From contig JAYKHS010000028.1 in the NCBI GenBank assembly GCA_035285865.1, forward strand, positions 64,001 to 128,000: a stretch of 64,000 bases of DNA, written 5' to 3'. Source of the DNA: Candidatus Sericytochromatia bacterium (GTDB taxonomy: Bacteria; Cyanobacteriota; Sericytochromatia; S15B-MN24; VGJW01). Below the pieces are notes generated by a model. It made no database searches. It was not told the DNA's origin and was given only the letters and a program-made list of their open reading frames with translations. The position numbers and the translations under genes are program-made. Positions 55,324 through 64,000 of the stretch are shown in pieces. Position 1 is the first letter of the stretch; the number at the start of each line of letters is the position of its first letter.

Positions 55324-56187
55324 GTGCGCCTGGTGCTGACGGGGGCGACCGGATTTCTGGGGGCTGCCGCGGCACGTGCCTTCGGGGCCGCCGGTCACGA
55401 GGTCGTGCCCTTCGCCCGGTCGCTCGGGCACGACTTGGGCACGGGGCAGGCCGTGCCCGCCATAGTTGCTGCCGCACCGGACGCCATCGTGCACCTTGCC
55501 GGTCGTACCTTCGTGCCCGAGAGTTGGCGTGAGCCGGCCCTCTTCGTCCGGGACAACGTGATGGCGACCCAGGAGGTTCTCGATGCCTGTCGGTTGACCG
55601 GCGCTTCCCTGCTGCACGTCAGTGCCTATGTGTACGGGCAACCGTGCTACCTGCCCATCGACGAGCGTCACCCGGTCGCGCCGGGGACCCCCTACGCGCA
55701 CAGCAAGTGGCTGGCCGAAGAGTTGTGCCGTTTCCAGGCCGGCGCCTTCGGCGTGCCCCTTACGGTGTTGCGCCCCTTCAACATCTACGGACCCGGCCAG
55801 CGTCCGCCGATGCTGGTGGCCGATCTCGCGAGCCAGTTGCTTCGTGACGGCCGGATGAAGGTCCTGGATCTGGAGCCTCGGCGCGATTTTCTGCATGTGG
55901 ACGACTTCTCAGCCGCCTTGGTCCGGATTCTGGATGCAGGCGCCTGGGGCCATACCTTCAATGTCGGGTCGGGACGTTCCCATTCGGTCCGGGAGGTGGT
56001 CGAGATTCTGGCCGCGGCCTGGCCTGGGGGTGCCGACTGGGCTTGCTCGGAACAGGTGCGTCCCGCCGAGGTTCCCGATGTGGTGGCCGACTGCGGGGCG
56101 CTTCGCGATGTCGTCGGCTGGGCGCCTTCCGTGACATTCGAGAAAGGGTTGCAGGCGATGATTCGCGAAATGCAGGTGCCGGCATGA
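55324..56187 (+). CDS. NAD-dependent epimerase/dehydratase
   Basis: TGATGFLG, YAHSK, RPFNIYGPGQ. Confidence 0.9.
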   Translation: MRLVLTGATGFLGAAAARAFGAAGHEVVPFARSLGHDLGTGQAVPAIVAAAPDAIVHLAGRTFVPESWREPALFVRDNVMATQEVLDACRLTGASLLHVSAYVYGQPCYLPIDERHPVAPGTPYAHSKWLAEELCRFQAGAFGVPLTVLRPFNIYGPGQRPPMLVADLASQLLRDGRMKVLDLEPRRDFLHVDDFSAALVRILDAGAWGHTFNVGSGRSHSVREVVEILAAAWPGGADWACSEQVRPAEVPDVVADCGALRDVVGWAPSVTFEKGLQAMIREMQVPA

Positions 56188-57215
56188 CAGCCATCGTCGT
56201 TGAGGGGCGCCCCATCGGGCCGGGGCATCCGGTCTATGTGATTGCCGAAATCGGGGGCAATTTCACGACGGTCGATCAGGCCGTCGCGCTCATCGATGCT
56301 GCCGCGGCCAGCGGAGTCGATGCCGTGAAGTTGCAGACCTATCGGGCCGAGACCCTGTCCTCGACCCGTGCCATGTTCGACATGGAAAATACCGGCGTGA
56401 CCTCCCAGCATGCCTTGTTCAAGGCCTATGAGATCGATGCCGAGGCCCACGCATCCATCTTCGCGTACGCGCGGAGCCTTGGGCTTACGGTCTTCTCGAC
56501 GCCTTCTCATGCCACCGACGCCGACATGCTGCTCAGCTTGGGGGTGCCGGCCACCAAGGTGGGCTCGGACGATGCAGTGAATCTCCCCTTCCTTGCGCAC
56601 CTGGCACGTCAGGGACTGCCGATGCTGCTGTCTACCGGCATGTGCACGATGGCCGAGGTCGCGGACTCCGTTTCCACCATCCTGGGCGAGGGGCTCGACC
56701 AGCTGGTGCTGCTGCACGCCGTGACCAGCTATCCAACGCATCCGGATCACGTCAACCTGCGTGCCATGGTGGCCATGGGGCAGGCCTTCGGCTTGCCGGT
56801 CGGCTACTCGGATCACACGTTGGGGCCGGTTGCGTGCCTGGGTGCCGTCGCACTCGGCGCTTGCGTGATCGAGAAGCACTTCACGCTGGACAAGGCGGCC
56901 GAGGGCCCGGACCACATGCTTTCGGCCGACCCGGTCGAGATGGCGGCGCTCGTGGCCCAGGTGCGTGCGCTCGAGCGCATGTTGGGCGACGGGGTGAAGC
57001 GGCCTGCGGCAAGCGAGCGAACCACGCGGCTCAACAACCGCAAGAGTCTCGTGGTCCTTCGCGACCTGCAGGCCGGTGCGGTGCTGCGTGCCGATGATCT
57101 CGGGATCAAGCGCCCAGGTACCGGAATCGCCCCGAAGGACCTGCGTCAGGTCCTGGGTAGGGTCCTGCGCCGGGAGTTGGCTGCGGACGACGTCCTTACC
57201 TGGGATCACCTTTGA
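56184..57215 (+). CDS. N-acetylneuraminate-synthase family protein (NeuB/PseI/LegI-like) with SAF domain
   Basis: VIAEIG, DAVKLQT, STGM, GYSDHT, IEKHFTLD, KRPGTGI. Confidence 0.93.
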   Translation: MTAIVVEGRPIGPGHPVYVIAEIGGNFTTVDQAVALIDAAAASGVDAVKLQTYRAETLSSTRAMFDMENTGVTSQHALFKAYEIDAEAHASIFAYARSLGLTVFSTPSHATDADMLLSLGVPATKVGSDDAVNLPFLAHLARQGLPMLLSTGMCTMAEVADSVSTILGEGLDQLVLLHAVTSYPTHPDHVNLRAMVAMGQAFGLPVGYSDHTLGPVACLGAVALGACVIEKHFTLDKAAEGPDHMLSADPVEMAALVAQVRALERMLGDGVKRPAASERTTRLNNRKSLVVLRDLQAGAVLRADDLGIKRPGTGIAPKDLRQVLGRVLRRELAADDVLTWDHL

Positions 57216-57892
57216 GCCGCGTCGGTGTCGTGCTGCAGGCCCGGATGGGCTCGTCTCGCCTGCCCGGCAAGGTGCTGGCGCCGATCGCCGGAAGGCCGAT
57301 GCTGCTTCACATCCTCGACAGGCTGCGTGCCGCATCGACGCCGGATCGGATCATCGTGGCCACCAGTGTCACTCCTGCGGATGACGTGGTTGCGGGCCTC
57401 GTTGCCGACTATGGCGTGGCTTGTTACCGCGGTGATGCGGCGGACGTGCTTGATCGATATTGGCAGGCTACCCTCGTGCATGATTTGGCTCTGATCGTAC
57501 GGGCGACCGCAGACAATCCCCTGGTGGATCCGGTCGAATTGGATCGCCTGGTGGCGTTGCATGGCGCCACGGATGCAGACTACTGCCACGCGTTCGGTCG
57601 GCTGCCCTTGGGCGTTGGCGTGGAGAGCTTCTCGAGGGCTGCGCTCGCGCGTTCGTGGCGGGAGGGCCGGGCCCCGAATCATCGCGAGCACGTCAACGAG
57701 TACATCCAGGAGCGGCCGGACATTTTCGACATCCGCGCGTTGGACGTGCCTGAGGCCAAGGTTGCTCCGCACCTGCGCCTGACGGTCGACACCCCCGAGG
57801 ATCTGGAGCGTGCGCGGCGTGTCTATGACCGGCTTCATAGACCCGGTACCCAGATCCGGACCGAGGAGGTGATTGCGTTCTGCGCATCCTGA
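57212..57892 (+). CDS. SpsF-like cytidylyltransferase
   Basis: QARMGSSRLPGKVL, RATADNP, RLTVDTPED. Confidence 0.9.
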   Translation: MSRVGVVLQARMGSSRLPGKVLAPIAGRPMLLHILDRLRAASTPDRIIVATSVTPADDVVAGLVADYGVACYRGDAADVLDRYWQATLVHDLALIVRATADNPLVDPVELDRLVALHGATDADYCHAFGRLPLGVGVESFSRAALARSWREGRAPNHREHVNEYIQERPDIFDIRALDVPEAKVAPHLRLTVDTPEDLERARRVYDRLHRPGTQIRTEEVIAFCAS

Positions 57893-58863
57893 TTGCCTTC
57901 GAGGCCTCCCATCATCGTGGTCTCGGTCATCTGTTCCGAACGCTCACGCTGGCACGGGCGCTTCGGGGCCGTGGGCACGACATTTGCCTGGTCGCCAATC
58001 CCGAGCCTGTTGCGCGGAGCCGTTGCGCGTCCGATGGCTTCGAGTTGGTCGAGGTGCCTGGTCTGGACGGGACGGACTGGCAGCTTGCCCTTCTTCGCGC
58101 TCGTTCTCCGGATGTCTGGGTCGACGATCGTCTGGACACGACCCGAGCGCATGCCTTGGCACTGGGTGGCTTGCCGCGCCTCACCTTCGACGATCAGGGC
58201 GAAGGAGGGAGTCTCGCGCGTGCGAATGTCTGCGGGATGGTGCCGCCGTCTCCCGATGCGTCGGCCAATGCCTACCGGGGACCGGACTTCCTGGTGCTCG
58301 ACGAGCGCCTTACGACCTGGACACCAGCCGACCCGGCCGAGAAAGCGCCGTTGCTGCTGACCTTCGGGGGAAGCGATACCCACGGTCTCACGCCCAGGAT
58401 TCTGGCTGCCCTGGGGGGGGGATGGACCGGAGCGATGCCGGTTCATGTGATTACGGGACCGGCCTTTCGGCACGAAGAAGCGCTACTCGAAGCGTTGCGA
58501 CGATTTTCGGGCGAGATCGTCCACGCGTCTGCGGTGCCGGATTTGCTGCCTCTGATCGCCGGTGCCGGCATGGTCGTCTGTGCCGGGGGACTGACGGCCC
58601 ACGAATCGGCTGCGTTGGGCAGGGCCACCCTCGTCGTGGCCAGCGAGCCCCATGAAATTCCCCCGGCGCGTTACCTGGCCGATCGGGGCGCGTGCCGTTA
58701 CCTGGGCTATCGGGACGAAGATGTCGAGGCTCGCCTGGAGCGGGAGGTGCGTGCGTGGCTCGAGCATCCCGAAGCACGCGCGCGCGATGGCGCGATGGGC
58801 CGGGCCGTGGTCGACGGTCGGGGGCTCGAGCGCGTGGTGGCTATTCTTGAGGCGTGTGCGTGA
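57880..58863 (+). CDS. PseG/SpsG-like nucleotide-sugar hydrolase/glycosyltransferase (probable CTG start)
   Basis: frame reads (L)RILIAFEASHHRGLGHLFRTLTLA, later LLTFGGSD, AGGLTAHE; first canonical start (58045) lies after the GLGH motif. Confidence 0.85.
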   Translation: MRILIAFEASHHRGLGHLFRTLTLARALRGRGHDICLVANPEPVARSRCASDGFELVEVPGLDGTDWQLALLRARSPDVWVDDRLDTTRAHALALGGLPRLTFDDQGEGGSLARANVCGMVPPSPDASANAYRGPDFLVLDERLTTWTPADPAEKAPLLLTFGGSDTHGLTPRILAALGGGWTGAMPVHVITGPAFRHEEALLEALRRFSGEIVHASAVPDLLPLIAGAGMVVCAGGLTAHESAALGRATLVVASEPHEIPPARYLADRGACRYLGYRDEDVEARLEREVRAWLEHPEARARDGAMGRAVVDGRGLERVVAILEACA

Positions 58864-59567
58864 GCCGTCGGCGGGTCGTCATCCATCAGCCGGACTTCCT
58901 GCCCTATCTGGGGTTCTTCGACCGGCTGCTCGACTGCGATTTGTTCATCCTTCTCGACCATGTGCAGTTCACCAAAGGTGGCTGGCATAACCGGGATCGC
59001 ATCAAGTCTCCCGAGGGACCGCGCTGGCTCACGGTTCCCGTCCAGTCGCCCACGGGGTTGGCCATCGCCGAAGTCCGCCTGACTGCTGATGCGACGTGGC
59101 CTGATCGTCATCTGCGGCAGTTGGCGGAAGCCTATCGCAAGGCGCCCGGCTACGCCGAGGTTCGGGGAAGCCTGGAGGCACTCTATCGGGACCTGCCTGC
59201 GGGCCTCGCGGATTTCAACATGCGGGGACTGGTGTGGCTGATGGAGGTTTTCGGCATCACGGTTCCTGTTGTCCGCTCCTCCAGCCTCCGGCCGCAGGGC
59301 CGAAGCAATGCGATGCTTGTCGATCTGCTGCAGAAGGTCGGCGCCACCGAGTACCTGTCGGGGGTGGGGGCACGAGCGTACTTCGACCCCGAGGTATTCG
59401 CCAAGGTCGGCGTGCCCGTGCTCTGGCAGGATTTCCGGCATCCATTCCATCCCCAGCTGCACGGAGCCTTCGAGCCTTTCCTCAGCAGCATCGATCTGCT
59501 GATGAACCTGGGCCTGACAGAGGCTCGACGGGTGCTGAGAGAGGGGGCAAGGTCACCTGTGCGCTGA
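58860..59567 (+). CDS. WbqC-like protein
   Basis: IHQPDFLPYLGFF, DHVQF, NRDRI, WLTVP, YLSG, LSSIDLLMN. Confidence 0.9.
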   Translation: MSRRRVVIHQPDFLPYLGFFDRLLDCDLFILLDHVQFTKGGWHNRDRIKSPEGPRWLTVPVQSPTGLAIAEVRLTADATWPDRHLRQLAEAYRKAPGYAEVRGSLEALYRDLPAGLADFNMRGLVWLMEVFGITVPVVRSSSLRPQGRSNAMLVDLLQKVGATEYLSGVGARAYFDPEVFAKVGVPVLWQDFRHPFHPQLHGAFEPFLSSIDLLMNLGLTEARRVLREGARSPVR

Positions 59568-59590
59568 GATCTCCCGGGATCCAATCAGGA

Positions 59591-60502
59591 TTATCTGTGT
59601 GCTGTCCCTGTCTTCCGGAGCAGATAGACGCTGTACATGCTGAAGGATCCTGGCCAAGTCCGGGCCAGGGCGTGGCATATACGGACCAGGATTGGGCTGC
59701 AACCGGATTGGGCCGTCAGGTCTTCGAGGATATTTTGGGGATGCTCCCTTCCTGACTCGCTTTCTGCCTTTCCGAAGGTGCGATGGTACTTGGCCATGCT
59801 CAGGTAGCGGACAGCCTCCAGAACACCATAATCGTCGCCAGTTTCCAGGACTTCCTCGATGATCAAGCCGGTATCCTGCAGTGCGTTGCGAACATCGTTC
59901 CTGGTGAAATAGACGGCCATGAAGTCTTCGGGCAACCGAGTTCGGGTCATTCGCGCCAGCAGGCGGGACAGCTTGATGGATGCGACAAGCAGCGGGGCCT
60001 GGTTCCAGACGATGAGGACCAACGTGCCATTTTCTGTCAGGATTCTTGACGATTCACGCAGCAATGCTTGCTGCGATTTTCGGTCTTCATAGAGGATCAG
60101 CAAGCTTGCCATGATGGCCATGTCGAAGCTTTTGCTCTCGATTCCGGTGTTGAACGCGTCTCCTGTGATAAATTTTGCTTCTGGATAGGATTTTTTAGCG
60201 GCAATTATGCTGTTTTCGGCATAATCTAGGCCAGTATATTCTATTTCTGGGAATATCCTAGAAATAGGCAGGTTTACTCCGTTACCGCATCCTATGTCGA
60301 TAATTCTTTGGGGGTTTTTTCTTAAAATTGCATTATATACGTGATTTATTGTATTATGGAATCTGTTTTTGACTAGGTGGTCCATGTTGGTGAAGTCGCT
60401 GCCGAACTCGCGTTCGTTGGAGAATCTCCTGTAGAAGGACTTGTAGTCATCGATGGGATTTTCGTCGTTGTGCTGGCGAAGGTAGCTGAAGGCACGAAAC
60501 AC
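59591..60502 (-). CDS. class I SAM-dependent methyltransferase
   Basis: IIDIGCGNG, GLD, GDA, SFD; opposite strand to cluster; GAGG SD before GTG. Confidence 0.88.
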   Translation of the reverse strand: MFRAFSYLRQHNDENPIDDYKSFYRRFSNEREFGSDFTNMDHLVKNRFHNTINHVYNAILRKNPQRIIDIGCGNGVNLPISRIFPEIEYTGLDYAENSIIAAKKSYPEAKFITGDAFNTGIESKSFDMAIMASLLILYEDRKSQQALLRESSRILTENGTLVLIVWNQAPLLVASIKLSRLLARMTRTRLPEDFMAVYFTRNDVRNALQDTGLIIEEVLETGDDYGVLEAVRYLSMAKYHRTFGKAESESGREHPQNILEDLTAQSGCSPILVRICHALARTWPGSFSMYSVYLLRKTGTAHR

Positions 60503-60671
60503 CTGATACCTCTTGCCGGGATGTTCCCGAGAATTTTGCCTTGTGGGTGTTGCTGGAAAACTGTTGATGATACCGTCGAGACCGTGATCGCGCCCCGAAG
60601 CAGCGGTCGGCGGATCTTGTCCTTTGCCGGAAGGGTACGATCAGCATTCCCTGCGATGTGGAAGGATTGCC

Positions 60672-61301
60672 ATGAATGTTCTGGCCATAGGGGCCCACTT
60701 CGATGACATCGAGCTCGGCTGCGGGGGCGCCCTCGCCAAGCACGCAGCGGCAGGAGATCGGGTCCTTGCCTATGTGGCAACGGTGTCAGGATTCTCGAAT
60801 CCTGACAATCAGGTCGTTCGATCCAGCGAACAGGCGCTTGCCGAAGGCCGGATGGCCATGGACGTGCTCTGTGTGCAGCTCATTCCGGGAGGTTTTCAGA
60901 CCTTGCAGGTCGAGTTCACGGACGACCTGAACCGGGAGATCATCAGGATTGTCGAGCGAGAGCAGATCGACCTCGTCTATACACACTGGGCGGGAGACAT
61001 TCACCACGACCACCAATCAGTGGCGCGAGCCTCGCTGCATTCCTGTCGCCACGTCAAGCGCATGTTGATGTACCGGAGCAACTGGTACCACGCGACCGTG
61101 GACTTCCGCGGAAACTTCTACATCGACATAACGGACACCTGGGCCTTGAAGGAGAAGGCGATACTGTGCCATGCATCGGAAGTCGACCGGACGGCTCATC
61201 GGTGGATCGACTTCTTTCGCAATGAGGCGGAGAATGCCGGCCAGCGGATTGGAGTTCGCCGGGCGGAGGTGTTCGAGGTCGTGAAGTGGCTGTGGACGTG
61301 A
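60672..61301 (+). CDS. PIG-L/LmbE family deacetylase
   Basis: IGAHFDDIELGCGG, DIHHDH, HASE, AEVF. Confidence 0.92.
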   Translation: MNVLAIGAHFDDIELGCGGALAKHAAAGDRVLAYVATVSGFSNPDNQVVRSSEQALAEGRMAMDVLCVQLIPGGFQTLQVEFTDDLNREIIRIVEREQIDLVYTHWAGDIHHDHQSVARASLHSCRHVKRMLMYRSNWYHATVDFRGNFYIDITDTWALKEKAILCHASEVDRTAHRWIDFFRNEAENAGQRIGVRRAEVFEVVKWLWT

Positions 61302-61323
61302 TTTGAGGAGGCATGAACGCGGC

Positions 61324-62082
61324 ATGAAAATCGTCGCGACCGTCGAGGTCCGAATGGGGTCCAGCAGATTGCCCGGAAAGGCCATGATGGACGTTGTCGG
61401 ACGGCCATTGTTGGCGCGTGTGATAGAGCGTATCCGCCTCTGTCCCTCGATCGGGCATATCGTGGTGGCTACGACGGTTCATCCGGATGACGACGTGATT
61501 GAATCGTTCTGCTTGCAGTCAGGCGTGGCCGTTCATCGAGGCAGTGAGGAGGACGTGCTCCAGCGGGTCGTGGATGCCGCCGAGGGGGCGGGAGCCGACC
61601 TCGTTGTCCAGTTCGGAGGGGACTCTCCGTTCATCGACTGGCAGTTGGTGGAGGAACTTCTGCGTGCATACAGGTCCGATCCGTCCGTCGATCTCCTGAC
61701 CAACTGCCTGACGCTCACCTATCCCCTCGGGGTTTACACCTTCGTGGTGCCGATGGCCAATCTGAGACTCATCGCGCTCGAGGCGAAGAGGCCGGACGAG
61801 CGGGAAGATGTCACTCGGGCCATCTGGGAACATCCGGAACGATGGCGTTTGCGCAACTTGGAGGCTCCTGATGCCTTGCGTCGGCCACATGTCCGATTGA
61901 CGGTGGATTACCCCGAGGACCTCGCGCTGACCCGGGAACTCTACGCGCGTCTCCTGCCGACGCGTCCCGCCTTCACGACACGGGATGTTCTGGCGGTGCT
62001 CGACGCCGAGCCGACCCTTGCCCGCATCAATGCCCATTGCGTGCAACGTTCGGCACCCCACATTCCTCGGGATGGGGCCTGA
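61324..62082 (+). CDS. SpsF-like cytidylyltransferase (second copy)
   Basis: EVRMGSSRLPGK, GSEEDVLQR, RLTVDYPED. Confidence 0.9.
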   Translation: MKIVATVEVRMGSSRLPGKAMMDVVGRPLLARVIERIRLCPSIGHIVVATTVHPDDDVIESFCLQSGVAVHRGSEEDVLQRVVDAAEGAGADLVVQFGGDSPFIDWQLVEELLRAYRSDPSVDLLTNCLTLTYPLGVYTFVVPMANLRLIALEAKRPDEREDVTRAIWEHPERWRLRNLEAPDALRRPHVRLTVDYPEDLALTRELYARLLPTRPAFTTRDVLAVLDAEPTLARINAHCVQRSAPHIPRDGA

Positions 62083-63120
62083 ATGGCCGTAGGTCTGCGG
62101 GTCGCCATCGCCGGCTGCGGAGCCATTGCCGGCGGTTACGACGAGGCAAGCGGATTCGCCCATGCCTACACCCACGCGGGTGCGGTTCGTCGTCATCCCC
62201 GCTTCGACCTGGTTGCGGTCGCCGAGCCTAGGGAAGACCGGCGTGCGGCCTTCCGGAAGGCATGGAACGTACCAGTCGCGCACGCCACCGTCGGGGCCAT
62301 GCTCGATCAGGGGCCGTTCGATCTCCTTTGTATCTGCGTGCCCGACGCGCATCACGGGAGCGTGGTGAGGCTTGCCCTTGAGCGGGGCGGCGCGCGCGCC
62401 ATTCTTGTCGAGAAGCCTCTGGCCATGACGGCTGAGGAGGCGGTTGCGTTGGCGGATCGGGCAGCGGATGCCGGTGTGTCGCTCTACGTCAACTACAATC
62501 GGCGATGGGACCCCTTGCACGAGCGGGTTCGGACTTGGATTGCCGACGGGGGGCTGGGCGTGCTCCAAGGTGGCATCGGACATTACGTGCGTGGCTTGCG
62601 GCACAACGGCACCACGATGGTCCAGACGCTTCGCCGCCTCCTCTCCAGGGAGGTCCGTTCCGTCCGTGCCATCCGCTCCGAGCCTTCCTCACTGGACGGG
62701 GATCTGGCACTCGATGGAGTCCTCGAGTTTTCGTGCGGTACTGCAGTCTGGCTGCAGGCTGCCGATAAAGCCGAGTACGGACACAGTGTCTTCGAGATCG
62801 ACCTCATGGGCAACAGGGGTCGGGTGCGCCTGCATGACAACGGCTATCAGGTTGAGGTGTCGCAAACGGCCGAGTACCGACGGTACCCTGGCTTTCGGGA
62901 GCTGGTCCGCTGGCCGGAACTTGAGGCCACCTGGCCCGAGGGACGCATGAGGGAAACCTTGCTGGCGACGCTCGACGAGGTGGCCGACGGCCTCGACCGC
63001 AATGTGCTCTCGCTGTCGCATGCCCGCGATGCCTGTCGGGACCTGAGAGTGGTTGAGGCGCTGGAGCGTTCGTGGCGTGCGGATGGGGCGCGTTGTGCCC
63101 CCGTGGTCGATTCGAGGTAG
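62083..63120 (+). CDS. Gfo/Idh/MocA oxidoreductase
   Basis: GCGAIA, VEKP, VNYNRRW. Confidence 0.9.
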   Translation: MAVGLRVAIAGCGAIAGGYDEASGFAHAYTHAGAVRRHPRFDLVAVAEPREDRRAAFRKAWNVPVAHATVGAMLDQGPFDLLCICVPDAHHGSVVRLALERGGARAILVEKPLAMTAEEAVALADRAADAGVSLYVNYNRRWDPLHERVRTWIADGGLGVLQGGIGHYVRGLRHNGTTMVQTLRRLLSREVRSVRAIRSEPSSLDGDLALDGVLEFSCGTAVWLQAADKAEYGHSVFEIDLMGNRGRVRLHDNGYQVEVSQTAEYRRYPGFRELVRWPELEATWPEGRMRETLLATLDEVADGLDRNVLSLSHARDACRDLRVVEALERSWRADGARCAPVVDSR

Positions 63121-63123
63121 CTC

Positions 63124-64000
63124 ATGTCGAAGTTGGCATTGTTCGGCGGTTCGCCGGTCCGCACCCGACCCTTCCCGGCCTACAACTCAATCGGGGACGA
63201 AGAGAAGCGGGCCGCACTCGAGGTCCTCGACACGGGCCGGCTGTCCGAGTTCATCGGGCGCCGCTGCGAGCTCTTCGGCGGGGGACGCAAGGTCCTCGAG
63301 CTGGAGGCGCTGGTCCAGGAACGCTTCAAGGTGCGCCACGCCGTGAGCATGAACTCGGCGACTTCCTGCATCTATGCGGCCCTGGGGGCCATCGGCATCG
63401 GTGCAGGTGACGAAGTCATCGTTTCGCCCTACAGCATGTGCATCTCGGCCACGGCACCCTTCCTGTATCAGGCAATTCCGGTCTTCGCTGATCTCGAGCC
63501 CGACTATTTTTGCCTGGACCCGGAGAGTGTGAGGCGCAACATCACCCCGCGTACTCGGGCCATTCTGACGGTCGACACGTTTGGCCAGAGTTCTGCCATG
63601 GAAGAGTTGCGAGCCATCGCGGATGCCCACGGCCTCAAGATCATCGTGGACTGTGCCCACGCGATGGGCGTCGACTACCAGGGGCGGTCGGCCGGAACGC
63701 TTGGCGACATCGGCATCTACAGCTTGAACGCACACAAGATTATCCAATGCGGCGAGGGAGGCCTTGCAGTAACGGACGATGACGATCTCGCCTTGAAGAT
63801 GAAGCTGATTCGAAACCACGCGGAAGCGGCAGCCGAGGATTTCGGCGTCGACCTCGTGAACATGCTGGGCCAGAACTACCGCATGCCCGAGATCGAAGCG
63901 GCTATTGCCATTGAGCAGGTTCGCAAGATGGATGGGCTCATCGCCCAGCGGGTGGAGTTGGCCGAACATCTGTCGCGTCGCCTGGCAGCCATCGACGGCC
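63124..64000 (+). CDS. DegT/DnrJ/EryC1 PLP-dependent aminotransferase (runs off the right edge)
   Basis: manual translation MSKLALFGGSPVR..MNSAT..GDEVIV..DCAHA..YSLNAHKIIQCGEGG. Confidence 0.93.
   Translation, partial: MSKLALFGGSPVRTRPFPAYNSIGDEEKRAALEVLDTGRLSEFIGRRCELFGGGRKVLELEALVQERFKVRHAVSMNSATSCIYAALGAIGIGAGDEVIVSPYSMCISATAPFLYQAIPVFADLEPDYFCLDPESVRRNITPRTRAILTVDTFGQSSAMEELRAIADAHGLKIIVDCAHAMGVDYQGRSAGTLGDIGIYSLNAHKIIQCGEGGLAVTDDDDLALKMKLIRNHAEAAAEDFGVDLVNMLGQNYRMPEIEAAIAIEQVRKMDGLIAQRVELAEHLSRRLAAIDG

Overview
GC-rich (roughly two-thirds G+C by eye), densely coding chromosomal segment of a diderm bacterium. It has outer-membrane beta-barrels and many lipoproteins, yet a Terrabacteria-type rny-ymdB-spoVS block; a Ca. 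Sericytochromatia-like lineage is a guess, not a result. Housekeeping genes: ppdK and its regulatory protein, tatC, hpf, spoVS, ymdB, rny, thiL, rsmG, dcd, pckA, hisS, tRNA-Val(CAC), tRNA-Leu(TAG). There is also an envelope/motility region (amidase, M16 peptidase, pilin, OmpA-like protein, stand-alone motAB, beta-barrels, CsgG-like protein) and the start of a nonulosonic-acid/glycosylation cluster (51.2-64 kb). I found no transposase, integrase, prophage, rRNA or CRISPR array. Most unusual items: (1) three tandem MshEN-like (c-di-GMP) domains fused in front of an internal lipobox and a C39-like Cys peptidase; (2) an RTX-less protein ending in an FrpC-like Asp-Pro self-processing module, followed by two paralogous beta-barrel genes; (3) a PspA(ESCRT-III family)-membrane protein-AAA+ ATPase operon; (4) an MglB / degenerate MglA / diguanylate cyclase operon; (5) a PseG-like gene that apparently must start at CTG; (6) an inverted methyltransferase with a ~36% GC internal patch. 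All family calls come from motif recognition by eye; no searches were run.
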